Source of the DNA: a bacterium
GTDB lineage: Bacteria; DUMJ01
Reading direction: 5' to 3'
Assembly: GCA_012839925.1 (NCBI GenBank)
Contig: DUMJ01000042.1
Location: forward strand, 31,441 to 95,440
Length of the DNA stretch: 64,000 nt
Shown here piece by piece: positions 37,863 to 48,619 of the stretch. The notes beneath the pieces are model-generated. The model was given only the letters and a program-made list of their open reading frames with translations, was not told the origin of the DNA and ran no database searches. Position 1 is the first letter of the stretch. Every line of letters begins with the position of its first letter. A program made the position numbers and the translations under genes.

Positions 37863-39023
37863 ATGGAAGTACCTATTGGTAAAGGTAGATGGGCAACAAG
37901 GTCTTATGGTTTTGAAGAGATATCCATAGTACCAGGGGATATAACCGTTGACCCTGAACTGGTAGATGTTTCTCTGGAGATAGGTGATTTTAAATTTGAA
38001 ATTCCGATAATTGCAGCAGCTATGGATGGGATTGTAGACCCAAACTTTGCTGAAGTGATGGGAAAACTTGGAGGATTGGCGGTACTGAACCTTCAGGGAA
38101 TCCAGACCAGGTATGAAAATCCTAAAGAAGTACTGGAGGAAATCGTCTCTGCTCCTCCTGAAAAGGCTACTGAAATAATGCAGAAGATTTATAAGGAACC
38201 GGTAAGGGATGAGCTGGTATATAAAAGGATAAAGGAGATGAAAGACTCAGGGATTGTTACTGCCTGTTCTTCTATCCCCCAGGAAGCAGAGAGAATGGTA
38301 AAGATAGCTGTAGAGGCAGGAGTTGATATCTTTGTAGTCCAGTCTACGGTTATTACCGAGAGACATAAGGCTAAGAGTTATACCCCATTAAGTCTGGCAA
38401 AATTCACCAGAGAAACATCTGTTCCTGTTGTGGTTGGTAATGTTGTAAGCTTCAGTGCTGCCACGGAGTTGTTTGAGACAGGGATAAGCGGTATTCTGGT
38501 TGGAGTTGGTCCAGGTGGAGCCTGTACTACCAGGCAGGTCCTGGGGATAGGTGTGCCACAGGTAACTGCTATTGCAGATGTGGCTTACGCCAGGGATATC
38601 TTTTACCATAGAACCGGGAAATACATACCTGTGATAGGGGACGGAGGGATGAATACAGGTGGAGATATAGCTAAAGCTATTGCCTGCGGTGCAGATGGAG
38701 TAATGCTGGGGCAGGCACTGGCTCGAGCTGAAGAAGCCTTTGGTAGAGGCTATCACTGGGGTATGGCTATGAGTCACTCTGCTCTCCCGAGGGGAACAAG
38801 GGTACATACTGGGACAACAGGAACACTTAAGGAGATACTCTTTGGTCCGGCTAAAACGGATGATGGGACTCAGAATCTTGTTGGTGCATTGAAGAATTCT
38901 TTAGGGGTCTGTGGTGCTCTGAATCTCAAAGAGATGCATCAGGTAGAGATTGTTATAGCTCCTTCTATAAAGACTGAAGGTAAGATACTTCAACAGGCTC
39001 AAAAAGTGGGAATGGGAAAATAA
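37863..39023 (+). CDS. guaB3: GuaB3-type IMP dehydrogenase family protein (no CBS domains)
   Basis: N-terminal IG.GR...R.YGFEEI.IVP, GVGPGGACTTR catalytic Cys, DGG, HWGMA...LPRGTR. Confidence 0.85.
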   Translation: MEVPIGKGRWATRSYGFEEISIVPGDITVDPELVDVSLEIGDFKFEIPIIAAAMDGIVDPNFAEVMGKLGGLAVLNLQGIQTRYENPKEVLEEIVSAPPEKATEIMQKIYKEPVRDELVYKRIKEMKDSGIVTACSSIPQEAERMVKIAVEAGVDIFVVQSTVITERHKAKSYTPLSLAKFTRETSVPVVVGNVVSFSAATELFETGISGILVGVGPGGACTTRQVLGIGVPQVTAIADVAYARDIFYHRTGKYIPVIGDGGMNTGGDIAKAIACGADGVMLGQALARAEEAFGRGYHWGMAMSHSALPRGTRVHTGTTGTLKEILFGPAKTDDGTQNLVGALKNSLGVCGALNLKEMHQVEIVIAPSIKTEGKILQQAQKVGMGK

Positions 39024-39131
39024 ATTATTTTAGAATACCAGTATTATATCCAGTAGCTTCTCCACTCTTTAATTTTTACGTGAAGTTACATCTCTTACTT
39101 TTATAATGCTCCTCTAAGAAGAAAAGGATAT

Positions 39132-39158
39132 TCCCCTCTCCATCTCAGGGAGAGGGGG
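39132..39158. repeat. REP-like palindrome (CCCCTCTCC...GGAGAGGGG)
   Basis: Same family as 52021-52047. Confidence 0.6.
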
Positions 39159-39206
39159 TAATCTTAGTAAGGTTTTATTGATGTCTGACAATTTTGGGAA
39201 AAGCTA

Positions 39207-39250
39207 TTGACAAAAATCTTTAATACTTTATACTGTTAATATTAACAGTA
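39207..39250 (+). promoter_or_regulatory. lacI-family promoter (TTGACA-16-TATACT) overlapped by a perfect 20-bp palindromic operator
   Basis: TACTGTTAATATTAACAGTA at 39231-39250; related site GATAACATTAACA at 39278-39290. Confidence 0.75.
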
Positions 39251-39291
39251 TTTAGCTGGAATAATTTAATTTGTGAGGATAACATTAACAG

Positions 39292-40326
39292 ATGGCTACT
39301 ATAAAGGATGTTGCTGAGAAAGCTGGAGTATCGGTAATGACCGTCTCCAGGGTGATAAATAATAATAAATATGTGAGCCAAGAGACAAGAGAAAAAGTAG
39401 AGCAGGCGATGGAAGAACTTGGTTATATTCCCAACGCTCTGGCTCATGGATTGATTACCAAGAAGACTCATGTACTAGGCTTGATAGTCTCCGATATTAC
39501 TAACCCTTTCTTTACAACGATAGCTAGAGGAGTAGAAGATACAGCTATTAAGAATGGATTTAACACTATACTTTGCAATTCAGATGAAGATGTAGAGAAG
39601 GAAGAGAGATATATAGAACTTTTGCTAAGAAAAAGAGTAGAGGGAATTATTCTTAGCCCTGCAGACTGTGATAAGAGGAGAAGAATAGAACAGATAATAT
39701 CCAGAAAGATCCCGCTGGTTCTTATAGATAGACGTATCAGTGGACTACAGATTGACCGTGTATATAGTGATAGTATAAATGGAGCTTATGAGTTAACAAA
39801 ATATCTAATAGATCTTGGGCATAGAAGAATAGGCATTATAATAGGACCAAGAAGGATATCTACAGCAGTAGATAGAGTGGAAGGATATAAAAGAGCTCTT
39901 CAGGAAGAGGGGATTTCAATGGAAGAAGAGCTGATAAGATGGGGAAAGAAATATAGTAGAGAAGATGGATATTTAAATGCAATAGAGTTATTAACTCTTG
40001 AGCACCCTCCTACTGCGATATTTGGAGGAAATAGACTGATAACGGTGGGTATACTTAGAGCTATTAGAGAGTTGAAGCTTAGAATTCCTGATGATATTTC
40101 TGTGGTTTCTTTTGATGAGGTGGAAGATATATCGGTAACAAATCCATTTCTTACTGTGATAAGCCAGAATTCGTATGTTATGGGAGTGGTAGCTACCGAA
40201 CAGCTTTTAGAAAGAATAAGGGGGAATAATAAATCTCCGGAAGACCTGCAGGAAATTGTATTACAGCCAAGATTAGTTATAAGAAAGTCCTGTGGGAGCC
40301 CAAAGGAGGAGGTGATGAAAGAATAG
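39292..40326 (+). CDS. LacI-family transcriptional regulator
   Basis: TIKDVAEKAGVS..TVSRV HTH, Y.PN..A, LGHRRIG, PDDISVV.FD. Confidence 0.95.
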   Translation: MATIKDVAEKAGVSVMTVSRVINNNKYVSQETREKVEQAMEELGYIPNALAHGLITKKTHVLGLIVSDITNPFFTTIARGVEDTAIKNGFNTILCNSDEDVEKEERYIELLLRKRVEGIILSPADCDKRRRIEQIISRKIPLVLIDRRISGLQIDRVYSDSINGAYELTKYLIDLGHRRIGIIIGPRRISTAVDRVEGYKRALQEEGISMEEELIRWGKKYSREDGYLNAIELLTLEHPPTAIFGGNRLITVGILRAIRELKLRIPDDISVVSFDEVEDISVTNPFLTVISQNSYVMGVVATEQLLERIRGNNKSPEDLQEIVLQPRLVIRKSCGSPKEEVMKE

Positions 40327-40391
40327 GGCTAGATGGCTGTGGAGATAAAAGCAGATTATCGAAAATATTTTATTAGAGGAGGTATTAAAAG

Positions 40392-42386
40392 ATGGAGAAG
40401 TTTTTGAGGATTTTATTGTTAATATCATTGTCTTTGTTCCTAGTCTCTGAGCCAATATCTTTTGTGTATGCTCAGAAAGGATTGTCGATAGGACAGTATG
40501 AAATTAAAGAGTACGAGCAGTTAACAAGTAAAAAAATAACCACAATTAAAGAGGCACCAATGCTGTCAGAACTGGTAAAGCAGGGTAAACTTCCTCCAGT
40601 AAAGGAGAGACTTCCTGAAGAGCCATTAGTAGTGGAACCTTATGAAGAGACAGGACAATATGGCGGGACCTGGCATATATCCGAACCAATTAACTATAAT
40701 ATCTATCAACTTCGACATGAGTTGCTTTTAAGATTTGATGATCCAGCTGCCAGAGGAGAAAAAGGGCAACCTGTGATTCGCCCTAATCTAGCGGTGAATT
40801 GGCAGATTTCAAAGGATGCTAAGATTTATACAGTCCACCTTAGAAAAGGAGTAAAATGGTCGGATGGAGGACCGTTTACTGCGGATGACCTTATATTCTG
40901 GTACGAAGATGTACTTCTTAATAAGGATCTTACTCCTATTATACCAGAATGGTTTCGAACTAAAGATGCGGTAGGAAAGGTAGAAAAGATAGACCAGTAT
41001 ACCGTTAAATTTACTTTTCGTAATCCAAACCCTATCTTTTTAGAAACTCTATACTCTAATTCCAGTGAGCCAATAGTCAGTTATCCTAAACATTACTTGA
41101 AACAGTTCCATCCTAAATATACCTCAGCAGATGACCTTAATAAAGTATTGAAGTCAGAAGGATTTTCTGCATGGAATCAGCTGTTTTTACAGAAAGCAGA
41201 CTATAAGGTAAATCCTGACTTGCCTGTACTGGTCCCCTGGCAGCTTAAGACAAAGCCTGGTCAACCGGTTCAAATTATGGAGAGGAATCCTTATTACTTT
41301 AAAATAGATCCAGCTGGAAACCAATTACCCTATATAGATAGGATAGCACTTGAAATAGTTTCTGATGCAAATGTTGCTCTTATGAAAGCCTTGTCAGGCG
41401 CAACAGATTGGGGATGCCATTTTATTGGTGGACTAAATGATCTGCCAGTCTTAATAGAAGGCGCAGAAAAAGGAGGTTATGATGTAGCTATTAGATACAC
41501 GTTGGATGGTATAACGGCAGTAGCTCTGTTTATCAATCAAAATGTTAAGGATTCGCAGCTTCGTAAGCTCTTCCGTGATAAACGCTTTAGATTAGCCTTA
41601 TCTCTTGCGGTTGATAGAGATGCAATAAGTAAGATTCTTTATGCTGGACAGAGTGAGAAAAGACTTTTGGTGATGCCTGAAAGTTCTCCTTATTATTCTC
41701 CAGAACAACTTAAATCTGCATCAAAATATGTAGACTATGATCCCAAAAAAGCTAACCAATTGTTAGATCAGTTGGGTCTTACTAAAAGAGATAAAAATGG
41801 TATTAGACTCTTTCCGGATGGGACTCCGGTTGAGATACTGGTGGAATATCGTCATTCACCTGGTTCCTATCAGGGTGATACTCCGGAATTAATAGCTAAG
41901 TATTTAACTGATGTTGGAATTAAAGTAGCCTTGAAATATGAAAGCTCATCACTACTTTCCACAAGAACTGCTGCCAATGAACATCAAGTAGTAGCGATTA
42001 ACATAAGTGGACCCTGGCATTCTATACTAGGATATGGATTTCTTCCGAGTTCAAATCCTACAACTCTATACTGGGCTCCTCTATGGTATAGATGGTTTAT
42101 TTCTAACGGTAAAGAAGGAGAAGAGCCTCCTGCAGTCTTTAAGAAGCTTGTAACATTAGGGGATGGAATCTTAGGAGGACTTACTATTGAAGCTAGAAGA
42201 AAGATGGTTACAGAGATTCTTAGACTCCATAACGAGAACCTCTGGATAATACCTATAACCACTTACCCAGGTGAAGCTCATGTAATAAAGAAGAATTTCA
42301 GGAATACTCCCAGAAAAGTTACCGGTTTACAGAATTTTTATCACCGTCAACCTCTATATCCTGAGCAGTTCTTTATAAAGCAATAA
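40392..42386 (+). CDS. ABC transporter family-5 solute-binding protein
   Basis: Signal peptide, EAPML.ELVKQGKLPP, LRKGVKWSDG.PFTADD, RNPYYFKID.AGNQLPYID. Confidence 0.92.
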   Translation: MEKFLRILLLISLSLFLVSEPISFVYAQKGLSIGQYEIKEYEQLTSKKITTIKEAPMLSELVKQGKLPPVKERLPEEPLVVEPYEETGQYGGTWHISEPINYNIYQLRHELLLRFDDPAARGEKGQPVIRPNLAVNWQISKDAKIYTVHLRKGVKWSDGGPFTADDLIFWYEDVLLNKDLTPIIPEWFRTKDAVGKVEKIDQYTVKFTFRNPNPIFLETLYSNSSEPIVSYPKHYLKQFHPKYTSADDLNKVLKSEGFSAWNQLFLQKADYKVNPDLPVLVPWQLKTKPGQPVQIMERNPYYFKIDPAGNQLPYIDRIALEIVSDANVALMKALSGATDWGCHFIGGLNDLPVLIEGAEKGGYDVAIRYTLDGITAVALFINQNVKDSQLRKLFRDKRFRLALSLAVDRDAISKILYAGQSEKRLLVMPESSPYYSPEQLKSASKYVDYDPKKANQLLDQLGLTKRDKNGIRLFPDGTPVEILVEYRHSPGSYQGDTPELIAKYLTDVGIKVALKYESSSLLSTRTAANEHQVVAINISGPWHSILGYGFLPSSNPTTLYWAPLWYRWFISNGKEGEEPPAVFKKLVTLGDGILGGLTIEARRKMVTEILRLHNENLWIIPITTYPGEAHVIKKNFRNTPRKVTGLQNFYHRQPLYPEQFFIKQ

Positions 42387-42394
42387 ATTTAATT

Positions 42395-42438
42395 TCCCCC
42401 AGACAATTCAAGACTAATAGCTAGATTGTCTGGGGGGA
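42395..42438 (+). terminator. Stem-loop after the SBP gene, inside the operon
   Basis: CCCCCAGACAAT...ATTGTCTGGGGG; no U-tract. Confidence 0.6.
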
Positions 42439-42466
42439 TATTATTACTTGAAAGGAGTTGAAAATT

Positions 42467-43480
42467 ATGTCTAATAAACCTAAAGTTCTATTAGCAATGC
42501 ATAGAAACCTTGGAGAACAGATCTTTAACAAAAAAGATCTCGAGTATTTTAAGACATTTGTAGAAGTTAACAATGTTGGTTCTCTTCCAGAAAAGATAGA
42601 TGAGTCATTTATAAAAGATAATATAAGAGGTGTAGATATCTGTGTTACCTGTTGGGGGACCCCTCCTTTTGGTAAAGAGATTCTAGATAATGCTGATAAT
42701 TTAAAGCTTATAGCACACTCTGCCGGTTCTGTTAAACCCATAGTAACAGATTATGTATGGGAAAGAGGTATTAGAGTAACTAGTGCTGCCCCGGCTATAG
42801 CAGTTGCGGTAGCAGAGATGACTTTAGGGCTTATGATTATATCTTTACGGAGGATATTTCACTTTAATGAACTTACTCATAAAGGGTTTTGGAAATCAGA
42901 TGAAGAGATATCCAAGACTAGGTCCCTCTACTGTGTTACAGTAGGTGTAGTGGGTGCCAGCAATGTAGGTAGAAATGTTATAAAACTCTTAAAGAACTTT
43001 CAGGTAGAGATACTCCTTTATGACCCCTATGTAACTCAAGAGGAAGCAGATAAACTTGGAGTAAAACTTGTATCTTTAGAAGAACTTATGTCAAAATCAG
43101 ATGTAGTATCTCTTCATGCCCCAAGTATCCCTGAGACATACCATATGATAAATAAGAATAATATAAGTCTCTTAAAGCCAGGCTCCATAATTATAAATAC
43201 TGCAAGAGGTTCATTGATCGATGAAGCCTCTCTCATAGAGAGGCTTGCTAGGGGAGATATCTTTGCCTGTCTAGATGTTACAGACCCTGAACCTCCAGAT
43301 ATCAATAGTCCATTGAGGAGATTACCCAATGTCATTCTTACTCCACATATAGCAGGAGGAAATTCAGTGACAGATAGATGGAGACAGGGTAGATATATTA
43401 TAGATCAGATATATAAATTTATTACCCAGGGCACTATGGATTATGAGGTTACGAAAGATATGCTTACGAGAATAGCTTAG
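42467..43480 (+). CDS. D-isomer-specific 2-hydroxyacid dehydrogenase
   Basis: HSAGSVK, GASNVG, SLHAP, INTARG, LDVTDPEP, TPHIAG; AAGGAG RBS favours ATG at 42467. Confidence 0.9.
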   Translation: MSNKPKVLLAMHRNLGEQIFNKKDLEYFKTFVEVNNVGSLPEKIDESFIKDNIRGVDICVTCWGTPPFGKEILDNADNLKLIAHSAGSVKPIVTDYVWERGIRVTSAAPAIAVAVAEMTLGLMIISLRRIFHFNELTHKGFWKSDEEISKTRSLYCVTVGVVGASNVGRNVIKLLKNFQVEILLYDPYVTQEEADKLGVKLVSLEELMSKSDVVSLHAPSIPETYHMINKNNISLLKPGSIIINTARGSLIDEASLIERLARGDIFACLDVTDPEPPDINSPLRRLPNVILTPHIAGGNSVTDRWRQGRYIIDQIYKFITQGTMDYEVTKDMLTRIA

Positions 43481-43489
43481 GACTTTAAG

Positions 43490-44230
43490 ATGAGAGAAAA
43501 GACTCTTAAGCTTAACCTCAGAAGTAGAGTAAGAGTAGCCGAAGATATCTGGGAAGAGAGGATAGATGCGAAGAGTTTTAATATAGATAAAACAGCTATA
43601 CTTCTCTGTGATATATGGGATAATCACTGGTGCAGTGGAGCTAAAAAAAGAGTAGACATACTTGCCCCCAGGATTAATAGAGTAGTCAGCGTAGCAAGAG
43701 AAAATGGGATTCAGATCATACATTCTCCATCAGATACTATGGATTTTTATAAGGGTACTGTGTATAGAAAGAGAATCTTAGAGGTACCCAGAATAGAACC
43801 AGTGGAGTTATTGTCTTTTTATGAGCCTCCTCTTCCCATAGATGACTCAGATGGGGGATGTGATTCTGGAGAAAAACCCTGGTATAAAGCCTGGACAAGA
43901 GAACATCCAGCGATAGAGATAAGAGGAAACGATGTGATATCTGATAATGGTATAGAAATATACAGCTTTCTAAGATACTTAAACATAGATACCCTTATCT
44001 ATATAGGTTTTCACACAAATATGTGTATACTCAAGAGACCTTTCGGAATAAGAAACATGAAAAGATACGGTATAAACTGCATTTTGGTTAGAGACCTTAC
44101 AGATGCTATGTACAATCCCGATATGCCTCCATACGTATCTCATGAAAAAGGTACTGAGTTAGTAATTCAGCATATAGAAAAATATCTCTGCCCCACTATA
44201 TTGAGCGAAGACTTGGAGAAATTATATTAG
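43490..44230 (+). CDS. Isochorismatase/nicotinamidase-like cysteine hydrolase
   Basis: LLCDIWD.HWC, GFHTNMC (catalytic Cys), VRDLTDAMY. Confidence 0.75.
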   Translation: MREKTLKLNLRSRVRVAEDIWEERIDAKSFNIDKTAILLCDIWDNHWCSGAKKRVDILAPRINRVVSVARENGIQIIHSPSDTMDFYKGTVYRKRILEVPRIEPVELLSFYEPPLPIDDSDGGCDSGEKPWYKAWTREHPAIEIRGNDVISDNGIEIYSFLRYLNIDTLIYIGFHTNMCILKRPFGIRNMKRYGINCILVRDLTDAMYNPDMPPYVSHEKGTELVIQHIEKYLCPTILSEDLEKLY

Positions 44231-44241
44231 GAGGGATAAAA

Positions 44242-45036
44242 ATGGAAAAGAAATATGTCTTTTCGGTATTTACAAAACCATGGCAGAATATGCCGGTGAA
44301 GGAATTGGGGGAGTTTGTAAGTAAACTGGGTTTTGATGCCATCGAGTTTCCTGTAAGACCAGGTTATCAGGTAGAACCTGAGAATGTAAAAGAAGGATTA
44401 CCGAAACTTGCCAGAGAGTTAAAGAGTTTTGGAATAGATATAGCCAGTATAGCAGGACCTACAGATGAGGATACCTTTATAGCCTGTGCAACAGCCGGGA
44501 TACCTGTAATCAGGGTTATGTGTAGAGTAGAAGAAGATGGCTATCTTGCATCTGAAAAGAAGGCAAGAAAGGACCTTGAATCGCTTCTACCTTTATGTGA
44601 AAAGTACAATGTAAAGATAGGAGTTCAGAATCACTATGGTAAGTTTGTGTCTCCAAATTCAGCTGGACTTATGAGACTTGTAGAGAAATTTGATCCAAAT
44701 TATATAGGAATTATCTGGGATGCAGCTCACAATGCACTGGGTGGAGAAGAGCCAGAGATGGGACTTGATATAGTATGGTCGCATCTCTGTATGGTTAATC
44801 TAAAAAATGCTTTTTGGAGAAGAAAGACAGGACCTGAATTAGAAGCAGAGTGGGAAATATACTGGACCAGCGGGAAGCAAGGTCTTGCCAGCTGGAGAAG
44901 GGTTGCTGAATATCTTAAGAAGAGGAACTACAGAGGAGTTATATGTTTAACTGCAGAGTATACAACTAAAGACGAGGTGGATAGACTGATAGCTGAAGAT
45001 ATAAAATTTGCCCGATCACTATTTTATGAGGATTAA
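44242..45036 (+). CDS. Sugar phosphate isomerase/epimerase (xylose isomerase-like TIM barrel)
   Basis: GFDAIEFPVRPG, VQNH, WDAAH, NLKN, LTAEY. Confidence 0.8.
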   Translation: MEKKYVFSVFTKPWQNMPVKELGEFVSKLGFDAIEFPVRPGYQVEPENVKEGLPKLARELKSFGIDIASIAGPTDEDTFIACATAGIPVIRVMCRVEEDGYLASEKKARKDLESLLPLCEKYNVKIGVQNHYGKFVSPNSAGLMRLVEKFDPNYIGIIWDAAHNALGGEEPEMGLDIVWSHLCMVNLKNAFWRRKTGPELEAEWEIYWTSGKQGLASWRRVAEYLKKRNYRGVICLTAEYTTKDEVDRLIAEDIKFARSLFYED

Positions 45037-45037
45037 G

Positions 45038-46006
45038 ATGGAAGACTCAAAGGTTAGAATCGCCTTTATAGGTTGTGGAGTAATGGCTAATAAAGTTCAT
45101 TATCCATCTCTAACATCTTTTTCTGATGTGGAGATTGTTGCCATATGTGATGTAGATACAGAAAGACTTAATACTACTGGCGACAAATATAATATCGAGA
45201 AGCGATACGCAGATTATAAAAAGATGATAGAAGAAACTTCCCCCGATGCTGTATACGCCATAGGTCAACCACATATAATGTACGATATCTGGATGTGGTG
45301 TCTAAAGGAGGGACTTAATTTATACATAGAAAAACCTATGGGTATAACTATACATCAGGCAAGAATGCTTGCCTATATGGCAGAGAAGAAAGGTTGCATT
45401 ACTCAGGTAAGTTTCCAAAGAAGAGCTGTTCCGTTATTAGTAAAACTTAAAGAGGAGTGTCTAAAACATGGACCTGTAGTTCATGCGGTCTGTGAATTTT
45501 ATAAATATAACATAGAACCATATTTAGAGGCTAGAGACCATATGATGGATGACGGTGTGCATGCAATAGATACACTCAGATGGATATGCGCAGGAGAAGT
45601 AAAGAGGATACTCAGTGTAACCAGGAACGTTTTAGTCCCTGATATCAACCTTATATCAGCAATACTTGAATTTGATAATGGTTCTATCGGAGTTATGATA
45701 AATAGCTGGACAAGTGGAAGAAGGATATTTAGAGTCCAGATGCATGCTCCAGGGATATGGGTTGAAGCGGACCCTGAGGATAAAGGACGTTTATATATAA
45801 ATGGTGATACAAATGGGATTGAGTATGATACAAAAGAGGTGGCAGGAAGTAGCGAGTTCTATGTCTATGCAGGCTTTCAGGCTAAGAACAGAGAATTTAT
45901 CGATTGTTTAAAACTAAAGAAACAGCCAGGCTCAAACTTTTCTGACGCCCTTAAGACTATGGAGGTAGCAGAAAAAATATTGGCAAAGGCGCTATTGGAG
46001 GATTAA
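45038..46006 (+). CDS. Gfo/Idh/MocA oxidoreductase
   Basis: IGCG..A, EKP, FQRR, DGVHAID. Confidence 0.88.
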   Translation: MEDSKVRIAFIGCGVMANKVHYPSLTSFSDVEIVAICDVDTERLNTTGDKYNIEKRYADYKKMIEETSPDAVYAIGQPHIMYDIWMWCLKEGLNLYIEKPMGITIHQARMLAYMAEKKGCITQVSFQRRAVPLLVKLKEECLKHGPVVHAVCEFYKYNIEPYLEARDHMMDDGVHAIDTLRWICAGEVKRILSVTRNVLVPDINLISAILEFDNGSIGVMINSWTSGRRIFRVQMHAPGIWVEADPEDKGRLYINGDTNGIEYDTKEVAGSSEFYVYAGFQAKNREFIDCLKLKKQPGSNFSDALKTMEVAEKILAKALLED

Positions 46007-46008
46007 AT

Positions 46009-47409
46009 ATGGAGTATGTAAAGCCGGTAAAGATAGAATTATACTTTATACCAGTTAAAACCCGTATTCCGCTTAAATTTGGACCAGAAATTTTGACATC
46101 TGTTAACTGTGCCAGGGTCCATATGTTTGTCTCTGATAATAAAGGTAAGGTTATGGATGGCTGGGGAGAGACACCTCTGAGTGTTCAGTGGGGATGGCCA
46201 AGCAGTATAAGTTATGATACAAGAGACAGAGATATGAAAGAATTTTCTAAGTTATTAGCCAATGAATGGGTAAATTTGAATCTAGCAGGACATCCTGTCG
46301 AGATAGGGGACATATTCTTGAAATATGCCCTGCCCCTTACTGTTATAAGGTTTAACTCCAGCCTGAAGGAGAGCAGTGAAAACCTGCCATGGTTAGCAGC
46401 ACTGATATGTAACTCTGCTTTTGATATAGCATTTCACGATGCATATGCAAAGTATCTGGGATTACCAGTATACAGGATATATAGTAAACAGTTTATGGAG
46501 AATGACCTGTCACATTATCTAGAACCTGCTAATGATACTCAGGTCTCATTTAAAGATAAATATATAGAAGATTATCTACGAATACCACCAAGAGATAGAC
46601 TTTTAGCGTGGCATCTGGTAGGAGGTACAGACCCTATAGATAGAGATGAACTTACCGGTAACGAGCCAGATGACGGTTATCCTGTCCTTCTAGAAGACTG
46701 GATAAAACAAGATGGACTTAGGTGTCTGAAGATAAAACTTAGGGGAAACGATTTTAGCTGGGACTACAGTAGAATAGTTAAGGTGGCAAGGACAGGAATA
46801 AAAAATAATGTCCTGTGGTTTTCCATAGACTTTAACTGTACAGTAAAAGACCCAGGGTATGTGGTAGAGATGCTGGATAAACTTTTATACGATGAACCTG
46901 AGATTTATGCTAGAACCCTCTATATAGAACAACCATTCCCCTATGATCTGGAATCAAACCCCATTGATGTGAGATGCATATCTGGTAAAAAGCCGATCTT
47001 TATGGATGAGAGTGCCCATGACTGGAAGCTCATACTTTATGGTAGAGAGCTGGGATGGAGCGGAGTAGCGCTGAAAACCTGCAAGACACAGACATCTGCC
47101 CTATTATCTTACTGTTGGGCAAAGAGTTATGGAATGAGTGTTATGGTTCAGGACCTTACCAATCCAATGTTAGCCCAGATACCACATGTATTACTGGCAT
47201 CATATATAGATACCATTATGGGGGTAGAGAGTAATTCCATGCAGTTTTATCCCTCAGCGTCAGAACCAGAAGCAAAAGTCCATCCAGGGCTATATAGAAG
47301 AAGAGATGGGATGCTGGATCTGAGTTCTATAAAGGGTCCTGGATTTGGTTATCGTATAGAGGAGATAAAGAGAGAATTACCTGAGCCTGACTTTATAATA
47401 GGAGAATGA
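46009..47409 (+). CDS. Enolase-superfamily (mandelate racemase/muconate lactonizing-like) enzyme
   Basis: G.GE capping domain, KIK, metal ligands IDFN / IEQP / MDES, LKTCK, GPGFG. Confidence 0.8.
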   Translation: MEYVKPVKIELYFIPVKTRIPLKFGPEILTSVNCARVHMFVSDNKGKVMDGWGETPLSVQWGWPSSISYDTRDRDMKEFSKLLANEWVNLNLAGHPVEIGDIFLKYALPLTVIRFNSSLKESSENLPWLAALICNSAFDIAFHDAYAKYLGLPVYRIYSKQFMENDLSHYLEPANDTQVSFKDKYIEDYLRIPPRDRLLAWHLVGGTDPIDRDELTGNEPDDGYPVLLEDWIKQDGLRCLKIKLRGNDFSWDYSRIVKVARTGIKNNVLWFSIDFNCTVKDPGYVVEMLDKLLYDEPEIYARTLYIEQPFPYDLESNPIDVRCISGKKPIFMDESAHDWKLILYGRELGWSGVALKTCKTQTSALLSYCWAKSYGMSVMVQDLTNPMLAQIPHVLLASYIDTIMGVESNSMQFYPSASEPEAKVHPGLYRRRDGMLDLSSIKGPGFGYRIEEIKRELPEPDFIIGE

Positions 47410-47419
47410 GGATTTCAAT

Positions 47420-48481
47420 ATGAATAGATTGGAGAAAGATAAGGTTCAGTTTGGTATCATAGGTTGTGGAGCCATAGCCAACATACATGCCATGGCGATT
47501 AAGGCTATAGAGAATGCTGAACTAAAGGCAGTTGCTGATGTTAATATAGATAATGCGCGGAAGTTTGCTGAGAGGCATAATATAAAAGAATATTACTCAG
47601 ACTACAGAGAGCTACTTAAAGATAGAGATATAGACATAGTGAATATATGCACACCCAGCGGGTTAAGGGAAGATGTAGCGATAGCATCTGCCAGGGCTGG
47701 GAAACATATAATAGCAGAAAAACCTGTAGAGGTAACTGTAGAGAAGATAGATAGAATTATAGCTGAGTGCAAAAGACATAACGTAGCTCTAGCGGGTATA
47801 TTTAATTATAGATACAATAAGAACTACAGGATTATATATGACACAATCCAGAAGGGTAGATTTGGGAGACTTATCCTGGGAGATGTCTATATAAAGTGGT
47901 ACAGGGATAAGGAATACTATACCAGTTCTGGGTGGAGAGGGACCTGGAAATTTGATGGTGGTGGGGCATTGATGAATCAATCGATCCATTTTATAGACCT
48001 TCTCCAGTGGTATATGGGACCAGTTGAAAGTGTGAAAGCCTATACTGCTCAGGCTGTACATAGATATATAGAGACAGAAGACCTGGGTATAGCCATAGTG
48101 AAGTTTAAGAATGGGGCACTTGGAGTGATCGAAGGGAGTACTGCAATCTATCCTGGTTTATACGATAGGGTGGAGATACATGGAGAGAACGGAAGTGTAT
48201 TGATAGAGGATAGTAGAATAGTCAGATGGGAATTCAGGGATCAGGAACCTTTAGACCAGAAAATAATAGAAGAGAAGGGGTTAGAGACTTTCGATCTGGG
48301 TAGCTCAAGAGATCCAATGGAAATCCCATATGAATTACATAAAAGAGAGATAGAAGACATAATAAATTCTCTGAAAGAGGGCAAGAATCCATCTATAGAC
48401 GGTTACGAGGCGAGGAAAGCGGTAGAGATAATTACTGCTATTTACAGGGCGGGTGAAACAGGAGAAGAAGTCAGACTGTAG
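47420..48481 (+). CDS. Gfo/Idh/MocA oxidoreductase
   Basis: IIGCGAIA, CTPSG, EKP, WRGTW..DGGG.LMNQ.IH.ID. Confidence 0.9.
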   Translation: MNRLEKDKVQFGIIGCGAIANIHAMAIKAIENAELKAVADVNIDNARKFAERHNIKEYYSDYRELLKDRDIDIVNICTPSGLREDVAIASARAGKHIIAEKPVEVTVEKIDRIIAECKRHNVALAGIFNYRYNKNYRIIYDTIQKGRFGRLILGDVYIKWYRDKEYYTSSGWRGTWKFDGGGALMNQSIHFIDLLQWYMGPVESVKAYTAQAVHRYIETEDLGIAIVKFKNGALGVIEGSTAIYPGLYDRVEIHGENGSVLIEDSRIVRWEFRDQEPLDQKIIEEKGLETFDLGSSRDPMEIPYELHKREIEDIINSLKEGKNPSIDGYEARKAVEIITAIYRAGETGEEVRL

Positions 48482-48619
48482 AGTGAAATGATATATGGAT
48501 AAATAGAGTATCAAAACGGGGGCTCCTGAGAGAGTCCTTTAATTTGTGAATTATTTAGAGCAATAGCTGTATAATAGTATAGAAAAAGTTAATAAAGGGA
48601 TGATAGTGAGGTTAAAACT

